NCBI GenBank assembly: GCA_040954595.2
Contig: CM082580.2
Location: forward strand, 1,788,783 to 1,852,782
Source: Balanoglossus misakiensis
Lineage: Eukaryota > Animalia > Hemichordata
Length of the DNA stretch: 64,000 nucleotides
Direction of reading: 5' to 3'
Shown here: piece after piece, positions 12,332-23,300 of the stretch
Layout: every line of letters starts with the position of its first letter
Position numbering within the stretch: position 1 is the first letter of the stretch
The notes under the pieces: model-generated
Told to the model about the DNA's origin: nothing
Database searches by the model: none
What the model saw: only the letters and a program-made list of their open reading frames with translations
Translations under genes and position numbers: made by a program

Positions 12332-13900
12332 ATTGGGCAAAAAAACTACACAAGAAAAACAAAATATAGCTGCAAGCAGCGATGACGGGCACAAGCTTAA
12401 GCCGAAGGTCAAAGGTCATATGTGGTCACCCAAAATTTGGGCAAAACGTTTTGATCCCAATACTAGTCCAGGTCCAACAGAAACCAGACCTCTAGCCCTA
12501 TTGATTTGTCTTAAATTAGATATGCGCATAATTAATGATGTAAAGTGTAAGACTCCATTAATAGTTCGATCCATCCAAACACAAATGCTGTACCTGTTCT
12601 GGATGCCCAGATATAGGAAAGTAGGTCAAAGGTCACCTGAAGCCACCCGAAAGTTGGGCAAAAAATTTTGACCCCATACTAGTCCAGGTCCAACAAAAAC
12701 CAGACCTCTAGCCGTATTGGTTCGCCTAAAATTAGATATGCACATAATTAATGAGGTAAAGTATAAGGCTCCATTAGGAGTTCCATGCCTCCAAATACCA
12801 AGGCTGTATCTGCGTGGGTTGCTGAGATATGGTAAAGTAGGTCAAAGGTCACCTGAGGTCACCCAAAATTGGGTAAGAAATTTTAACCCCATACTGGTCC
12901 ATGTTCAACAAAAACCAAACCTATAGCCCTATTGGTTAGCGTGGAATTAGGTATGCACATAATTAATGAGATATGCAGGTGTCACAGGTGACCCCCATTT
13001 TGGCTTTTCAATTTTAGTCCCAACCCTCCAAACGCCAAGTCTGTACCTGCTCTGGATGCCGAGATATAGGAAAGTAGGTCAAAGGTCACCTGAGGTCACC
13101 CAAAATTTGGGCAAGAAATTTTGACCCTATACTGGTCCATGTCCCACAAGAACGAAACCTCTAGCCCTCTTAGTTAGCCCAGAATTAGGTATGCACATAA
13201 TTAATGAGTTAAGCAGGTGTTACAGGTGAGCCTAAAATTGTGCCTTCTATTTTGGTGCCATTGTGCTCACTGACCACAAGACAGTCACTGTACAGGACTA
13301 TTGCACAGACCAGAATTCCACAATAAGACATGGACATAGAGGTATAAGTAAAGGTATAAATTTATTTAAAAAATTAATATAAAAAAATCCGTCGATTTTT
13401 CATATTATTTTTTTTCGCTTAAAATTATTGACAAATGCTAGTCTAGCTGCACACCAAAGTTGGAGATGATTGGCCTAACAGATTTTGAGATATGTATGCA
13501 TATTTATCCAAAATAATATGTGGTCATAGCTTTACTATGGAAAGTATAGGCCCATGGCTTGGTAAAAAAATATGAAAAATAATACTTAAAAATCTTCTTC
13601 TCAAAATTGGCATGGCCAATGGCCTTGACATTTGGCAAGTAGGACACTGACCACATGGTCCGCAAAAGTTGCTAAAAGAATTTTGATATCTCCATTCATA
13701 TGCAAATAAGGCCGATTTGGAAATTTTGCCCATATATGGTCATCAGGTCACGTGACTAATTTAACATTCACAAGGGTACTGCACTAGCTCTCATTGGCCT
13801 GCACCATTGTGCCAAGTTTGAAATTGTTAGGTTTAGCAGTTTTCCAGATCTACCTCGCCAAAGAAAACGACAGAAGAAGAAGAAAAAGAAGAAGTAGAAG

Positions 13901-15372
13901 AATATAGCTGCAAGCAGCAATAGCGGGCCCAAGCCAACATAGCACATAGCACATAGCAACATAGCAATAAGCATATCTACTCTGGATGCCAAGATATGGT
14001 AAAGTAGGTCAAAGGTCAACTGAGTTCATGCAAAATTTGGGCAAGAAATTTTGACCCTATACTGGTCCATGTTCAACAAAAACCAAACCTATAGCCCTAT
14101 TGGTTAGCCTGGAATTAGGTATGCACATAATTAATGAGGTAGGCAGGTGTCACAGGTGATCCCCAATTTTGGCTTTTCAATTTAAGTCCCAACCCTCCAA
14201 ACGCCAAGTCTGTACCTGCTCTGGATGCCAAGATCTGGTAAAGTAGGTCAAAGGTCACCTAAGGTCAAGCAAAATTTGGGCAAGAAATTTTGAACCTATA
14301 CTGGTCCATGTTCAACAAAAACCAAACCTATAGCCCTATTGGTTAGCCTGGAATTAGGTATGCACATAATTAATGAGATATACAGGTGTCACAGGTGACC
14401 CCCATTTTGGCTTTTTAATTTTAGTCCCAACCCTCCAAACGCCAAGTCTGTACCTAATCTGGATGCCGAGATATAGGAAAGTAGGTCAAAGGTCACCTGA
14501 GGTCACCCAAAATTTGGGCAAGAAATTTTGACCCTATATCGGTCCATATCCCACAAGAATGAAACCTCTAGCCCTCTTAGTTAGCCCATAATTAGGTAAG
14601 CACATAATTAATGAGTAAAGCAGGTGTTACAGGTGAGCCTAAAATTTTGCCTTTTATTTTGGTGCCATTGTGCTCACTGGCCAATAGATAGTCACTGTAC
14701 AGGACTATTGCACAGACCAGAATTCCACAATAAGACATGGACATAGCTTAACCATAGAGGTATAAGTAAAGGTATAAATTTAATAAAAAAAATTAATATA
14801 AACAAATCGGTCGATTTTTCATATTATTTTTTTTCGCTTAAAATTATTGACAAATGCTAAGCTAGCTGCACACCAAAGTTGGAGATGATCGGCCTAACAG
14901 ATTTTGAGATATGTATGCATATTTATCCAAAATAATATGTGGCCATAGCTGTACTATGTAAAGTATAGGCCCATGGCTTGGGCGAAAAATATGAAAAATA
15001 ATACTTAAAAATCTTCTACTCAAAATTGACATGGCCTATGGCCTTGACATTTGGCATGTAGAACCCTGGCCATATGGTCCACAAAAGTTGCTAAACGAAT
15101 TTTGATATCACCATTCATATGCAAATAAGGCCGATTTGAAAATTTTGCCCATATATGGTCATCAGGTCACATGACTAATTACACATTCACAAGGGTACTG
15201 CACCAGCTCTCATAGGCCTGCACCATTGTGCCAAATGTGAGATTTGTAGGTTCAGCCGTTTTCAAGATCTAGCTGGACAAAAAAACGACACAAGAAGAAG
15301 AAGAAGAAGAAGAAGTAGAAGAAAAACCCCAGTAATACCAATAGGGCCCAAGCCTGCTGGGCTTGGGCCCTA
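13901..15372. mobile_element. Complete non-autonomous Helentron copy D (~1.47 kb)
   Basis: One end has the short hairpin GCTGCAAGCAGC plus subterminal IR GGGCCCAAGC. The other end has (AAG)n followed by the long hairpin TAGGGCCCAAGC-ctgctgg-GCTTGGGCCCTA. Confidence 0.88.
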
Positions 15373-16783
15373 ATTAAAGCTGCAAGCAGCATTGTCGGGC
15401 CCAAGCGCTGATCCGGTATTATATATGCACAGTATGAATGAGAAGAAACAGAATGCTCTATCGGGTGTTTTATCTCATGACGTAACAAGGATGTATGTAT
15501 TTTTCCTACTGAAATAGAGTAAAGTAGGTCAAAGGTCACCTGAGGTCACCCAACATTTGGGCAAAATTTTTTGACCCATACTGTTCCATGTCCAACAAAA
15601 ACCAAAACTCTAGTTCTATTGGTTCGCCTTTAATTAGGTACGTGCATATTTAATGAGGTCAGCAGGTGTCACAGGTGACTTAAAAATGTGGCTTTACATT
15701 TTGGTCCCATCCTGCCAAATGCCAAGGCTGTATCTGCTCTGGATGCTGAGATATGCGAAAGTAGGTCAAAGGTGACCAGAGGTCACCCAACATTTGGGCA
15801 AAAAATTTTGTTCCCATAGTGGTCCATGTCCAACAAAAACCAAATCTCTAGCTCTATTGGTTCGCCTGTAATTAGCTATGTGCATAATTAATGAGGTCAG
15901 CAGAGGTCAAAGGGGTCATGAAAAGTAGCAAAATATTTTGATCACACACTAATCCACATGCATCAAAAACCAAACGTCTAGCCCTATAGGTTAGCCTGGA
16001 AATAGATATGCAGAAATAAAAACGTGTGAAAAGTAGGTCAAAGGTCATGTGAAAAATCGCCAAAAAATTGTAACATAATTTAGTCACATGACGATTGATA
16101 TCCATAAAAAGAGTTTGTATGCTATCAATTTTTACACTAGGAAAAGGAATTTCAATTTTTCACTGCTTTTTACATAATCCAATATGGCCGCCATAATCTT
16201 CGACCAATCACAATGCTCTTTGCAAACTTGATAGACATCAGTGAAGTGACCAAACTCCCTTGCGACTCAGTTATCGCCCGTTCTGGAGAAGAAGATTTTT
16301 TGAGTTTTACTATGGTTTTTCGAAAATCCAATATGGCCGCCATAATCTTCGACCAATCACAATGATCTTCGCAAACTTGATAGACATCAGTTAGGTGACC
16401 ACATGCACCAAACCCCGTGTCTCGGTTATCACCGGTTCTGGAGAAGAAGATTTTTGAAATTTTGACCAGATTTAAGAAAAAAAATTGTGGCAAAAAAACT
16501 GCAACATTGACAGCATAATTTCCAATTACAAAAATGATGGGCAGAAGGTAGTCTACCTGCACGCCAAATTTGAAGTCGATCTGACTTGTAGTTTCTGAGA
16601 TCTGAGATTTGCATTTTTTCAGAAAATCCAAGATGGCCGCCAGGTCATGTGACTAATTAAAAATTCAAGGGTTCAATGCACGACTACTCATTGACCTTGA
16701 CCACTGTAGCAAGTTTCAGAAGTGTACCTGCAGTGGTCTCTGAGATCTAGAGCGACAAAGAATTGACACAAGAATAAAGAAAG

Positions 16784-18744
16784 AATTAAAGCTGCAAGCA
16801 GCATTGTCCGGGCCCAAGCTTTATTATCTGATCTGATTATTAGATATGCACATAATTAATAAGTAGAAACATAATGCTGTGTTTTAGCAAATGAAATATC
16901 AAGGTTATATCTATGTTTGGTGCTGATATAGTGTTAAGTAGGTCAAAGGTCATCCAGAGGTCACCCACAATTTGGGCAGAAAATTTTGACCCATAGTGGT
17001 CCATGTCCATCAAAAACCAGACCTCTAGCCCTTTTGGTTAGCCCGGAATTAGGTATGCACATAAATAATGCGTAAAGCAGGTGTCACAGGTGAGCCAAAA
17101 CTTTGGCTTTTAATTATGGCCCCATACCTCCAAATGCCCAGACTGTACCTGCTTTGGATGTCGAGATATGCAAAAATAGGTCAAAGGTCATCTGAGGTCA
17201 CCCAAAATTTGGGCAGAAAATTTTGACCCAAAGTAGTCCATGTCCAACAAAAACCAGACCTCTAGCCCTTTTGGTTAGCCCGGAATAAGGTATGCACATA
17301 AATAATGAGTTAAGCAGGTGTCACAGGTGAGCCAAAACTTTGGCTTTTAATTATGGCCCCATACCTCCAAATGCCCAGACTGTACCTGCTTTGGATGTCG
17401 AGATATGCAAAAATAGGTCAAAGGTCATCTGAGGTCACCCAAAATTTGGGCAGAAAATTTTGACCCAAAGTAGTCCATGTCCAACAAAAACCAGACCTCT
17501 AGCCCTTTTGGTTAGCCCGGAATAAGGTATGCACATAAATAATGAGTTAAGCAGGTGTCACAGGTGACCCAAAACTTTGGCTTTTCATTATGGCCCCATA
17601 TCTCCAAACGCCAAGGCTGTATCTGCTGTGGATGTCGAGATATGCAAAAATTAGGTCAAAGGTCACCCGAGGTCACCCAACATTTGGGCAAAATATTTTG
17701 ACCCCATACTAATCCATGTCCAAAAAAACCAAACCTCTAGGTCTATTGGTTCATCTGTAAATAGGTATGCGCACATTTAATGAGGTCAGCAGAGGTCAAA
17801 GGGGTCATGAAAAGTAGCACAATTTTTTGATCACATACAAATCCACATACATGAAAAACCAAACTTATAGCCCTATTGGTTAGCCTGGAATTAGATATGC
17901 AGAAAAACGATGCGTCAAAAGTAGGTCAAAGGTCATTGCCAAAATTACCAAAATATTTATAGCTTATTCTTGTCATATGATGATTCATATCCATAAAAAG
18001 AATTTCTGTGCTATCAATTTTTAGGCTAGAAAGGGAATTTTTACTTTTTAATCGTTTTTCACAAAATCCAATATGGCCGCCATAATCTACGACCAATCAC
18101 ATTCTTCTTCGCAAACTTGATAGACATCTATTTAATGACCACACACACCAAATCTTGTGACTCGGTTATCGCCGGTTCTTGAGAAGAAGATTTTTGAAGT
18201 TTTACTATGGTTTTTCGAAAATCCAATATGGCTGCCATAATCTTCGACCAATCACAATGATCTTCGCAAACTTGATAGACATCAGTTAGGTGACCACATA
18301 CCCCAAACGGCGTGACTCGGTTATCGCCGGTTCTGGAGAAGAAGATTTTTGAAATTTTGACCAGATTTCAGAAAAACAACTGTAGCAAAAAAACTGCAAC
18401 ATTGACAGCAAAATATCCAATTACAAAAATGATGGGCATTAGGTATACTAGCTGCACACCAAATTTGAGGTCAATCTGACTTGTAGTTTCTGAGATCTGA
18501 GATTTGCATTTTTTCAGAAAATCCAATATGGCCGCCAGGTCACGTGACTAATTAAAAATTCATGGGTTCAATGCACGACTACTCATTGACCTTGACCACT
18601 GTAGCAAGTTTGAAAACTGTACCTGCAGTGGTGTCTGAGATCTAGAGCGACAAAGAATTGACATAAGAATAAAGAAAGAAAAAGAAAGACTGAAAAATAC
18701 CAACGAAACCAATAGGGCCCAAGCCTGGCTTGGCTTGGGCCCTA
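16784..18744. mobile_element. Complete non-autonomous Helentron copy F
   Basis: Both termini are present, with near-identical internal ~240-bp duplications (two 'halves' of the unit). Confidence 0.88.
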
Positions 18745-20246
18745 ATTAAAGCTGCAAGCAGCATTGTCCGGGCCCAAGCTCTATTATCTGATCAGATTAT
18801 TAGATATGCACATAATTAATGAGTAGAAACATAATGCTGTGTTTTATCCCATGAAATATCAAGGTTATATCTATGTTTGGTGTTGATATAGTGTTAAGTA
18901 GGTCAAAGGTCACCCAGAGGTCACCCACAATTTGGGCAGAAAATTTTGATCCATAGTGGTCCATGTCCAACAAAAACCAGACCTCTAGCCCTTTTGGTTA
19001 GCCCGGAATTAGGTATGCACATAAATAATGAGTTAAGCAGGTGTCAAAGGTGACCCAAAACTTTGGCTTTTCATTATGGCCCCATACCTCCAAACGCCAA
19101 GGTTGTATCTGCTGTGGATGTCGAGATATGCAAAAGTAGGTCAAAGGTCACCCGAGGTCACCCAACATTTGGGCAAAATATTTTGACCCCATACTGGTCC
19201 ATGTATAACAAAAACAAAACCTCTAGGTCTATTGGTTCATCATTAATTAGGTATGCGCATATTTAATGAGGTCACCAGAGGTCAAAGGGGTCATGAAAAG
19301 TAGCAACATTTTTTGATCACATACAAATCCACATACATCAAAAACCAAACTTATAGCCCTATTGGTAAGCCTGGAATTAGATATGCAGAAAAATGATGCG
19401 TCAAAAGTAGGTCAAAGGTCATTGCCAAAATTACCAAAATATTTATAGCTTATTCTTGTCATATGATGATTCATATCCATAAAAAGAATTTCTGTGCTAT
19501 CAATTTTTAGGCTAGAAAAGGAATTTTTACTTTTTAATCGTTTTTCACAAAATCCAATATGGCCGCCATAATCTTCGACCAATCACATTCCCCTTCGCAA
19601 ACTTGATAGACACCTGTTTAATGACCACACACACCAAATCTTGTGACTCGGTTATCGCCCGTTCTTGAGAAGAAGATTTTTGAAGTTTTACTATGGTTTT
19701 TCGAAAATCCAATATGGCCGCCATAATCTTCGACCAATCACAATGATCTTCGCAAACTTGATAGACATCAGTTAGGTGACCACATACCCCAAACCGCGTG
19801 ACTCAGTTATCACCGGTTCTGGAGAAGAAGATTTTTGAAATTTAAGCCAGATTTCAGAAAAAAAAATTGTAGCAAAAAAACTGCAACATTTACAGCAAAA
19901 TATCCAATTACAAAAATGATGGGTAGAAGGTAGACTACCTGCACACCAAATTTGAAGTCGATCTGACTTGTAGTTTCTGAGATCTGAGATTTGCATTTTT
20001 TCAGAAAATCCAATATGGCCGCCAGGTCACGTGACTAATTAAAAATTCACAGGTTCAATGCACGACTACTCATTGACCTTGACCACTGTAGCAAGTTTCA
20101 GAAGTGTACCTGCAGCGGTGTCTGAGATCTAGAGCGACAAAGAATTGACACAAGAATAAAGAAAGAAAGAAAGAAAGAAAGAAAGAAGAAAGAAAAACCC
20201 CAACGAAACCAATAGGGCCCAAGCGCTGGTATGCGCTTGGGCCCTA
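18745..20246. mobile_element. Complete non-autonomous Helentron copy G, head-to-tail with F
   Basis: Junction GGGCCCTAATTAAAGCTGCAAGC. (AAAG)n at ~20155-20195, then the hairpin TAGGGCCCAAGCGC..GCGCTTGGGCCCTA. Confidence 0.88.
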
Positions 20247-20370
20247 AAGAAGAAAGAAAGACAGAAAAACCCCAACGAAACCAATAGGGCCCAAGCGCTT
20301 GCTTGCGCTTGGGCCCTAAAAAAAGCCAGTAATACCAATAGGGCCCAAGCCTGCTGGGCTTGGGCCCTAA

Positions 20371-23300
20371 ATATAGCTGCAAGCAGCGATGACGGGCCCA
20401 AGCTTAAGCCGAAGGTCAAAGGTCATATGTCATCACCCAAAAGTTGGGCAAGAAATGTTGACCCCATACTGGTCCATGTTCAAGAAAAATCAAACCTCTA
20501 ACCCTATTGGTTAGCCTTGAATAAGGTATTCACATAATTAATGAGTTCAGCAGGTGTTACAGGTGACTTAATAATTTCACTTTTCATTTTCAACCCATCC
20601 CTCCAAACGCCAAGGCTGTACTTGCTCTGGATGATGAGATATGGTTAAGTAGGTCAAAGGTCACCCAAAATTTGGGCAAGAAATTTTGACCCTATACTGG
20701 TCCATGTCCCATAAGAACAAAACCTCTAGCCCTCTTAGTTATCCCTGGCTTAGGTATGCACATAAATCATGAGATAAGCAGGTGTCACAGGTGACCCCTA
20801 ATTTTGGCTTTTCAATTTTAGTCCCAACCCTCCAAACGCCAAGTCTGTACCTGCTCTGAATGCAGAGATATAGGAAAGTAGGTCAAAGGTCACCTGAGGT
20901 CACCCAAAATTTGGGCAAGAAATTTGACCCTATACTGGTCCATGTCCCATAAGAACAAAACCTCTAGCCCTATTAGTTATCCCTGACTTAGGTATGCACA
21001 TAATCATGAGATAAGCATGTGTCACAGGTGACCCCCAATTTTGGCTTTTCAATTTTAGTCCCAACCCTCCAAACGCCAAGTCTGTACCTGCTCTGAATGC
21101 AGAGATATAGGAAAGTAGGTCAAAGGTCACCTGAGGTCACCCAAAATTTGGGCAAAATTTTTTTGACCCCATACTGCTCCATGTCCCACAAGAACGAAAC
21201 CTCTAGCCCTATTAGTTAGCCCAAAATTAGGTATGTACATAATTAATGAGTTAAGCAGGTGTTGCAGGTCCCATTCTGCTCACGGGCCAATAGACAGTCA
21301 CTGTACAGGACCATTGCACAGATGTGGACATAGCATCATAGCTTAATTATAGAAAGTATAGGCCTATGGCTGGGATGTTGAGATATGGGAAAGGAGGTCG
21401 AAGTTAACCTGGGGTACCCCCAAATCGGGACAAAAGTTGTTGACCTCATACTGATTTATGTTCAACAAAAAGCAAACCTATAGGCGTGTTGGTTGGCATA
21501 TATATCCGAAATAAATAAATTGGTGGTCATAGTTTAACTGTGGAAAGTGTAGGGCTATGGCAGGGTCAAACAAATATGAAAACCTATACATGTACTTTAA
21601 GTATTCTCTTAAAATATACTAGGGTTAGGGTATTGATTACAGGGTAGGTTACCTGTACACCAAATTTGACCTTGATCAGTTGGGCTGATTTTGAGATAGT
21701 GGGCATGATGTTTTTACTGTCTATTGTGTGGAAATCGTTGATATACTCTCAGGAGTGATACACAAAATGGCTATTTAAACCTTGTGCAGAATGAGGTAGT
21801 GTGTTCTGGGCGCATTTGTGGCGGAGATGTTCTGCGTAGCTGAAAGGTTGGCGGATCCAAAAACGAATCTGATTACGAATCCGAAAAGACGTCTTCAGTA
21901 GGGGTCAGCCGATTGATGGTGAGTGTCCTGATGTTTACATGTCGAAATTTTAGTTGTGGTGTAGATCAACTTAGCGGTGATTTGGATGAGTGGAGAAGTG
22001 CATGTTGACGGTTGTGTAGTTGTAGTATATCCAGCGGTTTTGTGATTTTGATGATATGAGAGGCGATGTCTGTTGATTAAGACTTTTATTTTTACAAGTA
22101 CCCGAGCTAAGTCCAATATGGCGGCGATCGTGTGTTTTGCAGAGCACCCTACGCAATAAGTTATGGTGACATAGCGGAGTTGTAAAAGTGGTATAGAACA
22201 TTTTATCGGTGATTTAGATGAGTCGATAGGTGGATGGTGACGATTGTATACTTGTAGTTAATCCAGCGGTAGTGTGATAATGATGATATGACAGGCGATT
22301 ATGAGCGTAATAAGTGTTGTTTTCATATGTTACTTGTTAGCGAGGCAAGTTCAATTCAATATGGCGGCGACGGAGTGTTTTCCAGAGTGGCTGTAGGTGT
22401 AGTTTATTGAGCGGAAGTGTGATTTTGATGAAGTCAGAGGAGATGTTAGTTGAATGAAACTGTTACTTTGACATGTAACTGAGTTAAGTTAAATAGTTAA
22501 TAAGTTGGTGAGCATGTGAACAATGCCCACATTTCATGGAGTTCCATCATGACAATGGAGGGGCTTAATTATTTTGCTGGAAAGAGTGATAAGTGTATGT
22601 GATGAGTGATTGAGCATAACGGTATTTGCTTCAAGTGTGGATCATTTGAATTGCAGAATATCGCAGGTATGGTAGTAAATTCAGTGTTAGTCATTGTGTT
22701 TTTACAGTAATTTGATGTGGGAAAGGACACTGGTCTGTGTGAGTTGTTTTGAGTGATTTATGTGTATTGTTATTCTGAGGTTTTTGTGACTTATACACAA
22801 ATGTTGGCATATTTTTTCGGTTGTGGTGTAAGTGAAGAAAACAATGAATGAGTAACTGTAATTTTTTTGTCTGTTTTGTTAACAGATTTTGGTGAACAAA
22901 TATATCTCAGTGTCAAGGTGAGTGTTGCATATTGGTTTTTAGCATGAGCTAAAAGGATTAAGTGTGTTGTCTTTGAGGTTTGTGCTTGAATATTGTGTGA
23001 TATCAAAGGCTGTTTGAGTACTTAAGAAGTGTCATGATGAGTGTGTATTTGAATGTGTATTGTTATGTAAATTACGGAGGCAATTCTGTGTTGGGCAATG
23101 TTATTTGGTACAATTCAGTCATTGTGTCAAACATGTTGGTGGGTAGTGTGTAGACATGGTTGAGTACAGTAACGGAAATGTGTGTTTGCCATTTATGAAA
23201 TTTAGTGTTGAGGGTTGGCTGCGAAAGTAATGTGTTATTGTTTTTTTCCAGAGGGTTTGTTGATGAATAACCGTATTTGTAGCTATTGGTAGCATAGAAA

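Larger units (their letters stand above)
5397..12362. mobile_element. Non-autonomous Helentron copy B, containing the LINE and a TIR element; interrupted by C
   Basis: Terminus AATATAGCTGCAAGCAGCGGTGATGGGCACAAGC and ~180-bp units. The host sequence resumes at 9993-10111 and again at 12332-12362. Confidence 0.8.
15373..20318. mobile_element. Non-autonomous Helentron copy E (body 15373-16783, closing end ~20250-20318) enclosing F and G
   Basis: The body is the same subfamily as F and G (AAAATCCAATATGGCCGCC blocks). The closing end CAACGAAACCAATAGGGCCCAAGC..GCTTGGGCCCTAA is the F/G type. Confidence 0.78.
12363..20370. mobile_element. Non-autonomous Helentron copy C (body 12363-13900, closing hairpin ~20339-20370) enclosing copies D-G
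   Basis: Opening terminus AATATAGCTGCAAGCAGCGATGACGGGCACAAGC. The closing end CAGTAATACCAATAGGGCCCAAGCCTGCTGGGCTTGGGCCCTAA is the same type as that of its sister copy D. Confidence 0.75.

Noticed and set aside
15342-15372. GC-rich hairpins as rho-independent terminators or tRNA/SINE parts
   Set aside because: They are Helentron terminal palindromes paired with the subterminal IR at the other end; no pol III A/B boxes are seen.
3612-21130. Numerous 60-150 aa ORFs within the non-autonomous Helentrons
   Set aside because: They recur only because the DNA is repeated; frames and stops are not conserved between copies and they carry no domain motifs.
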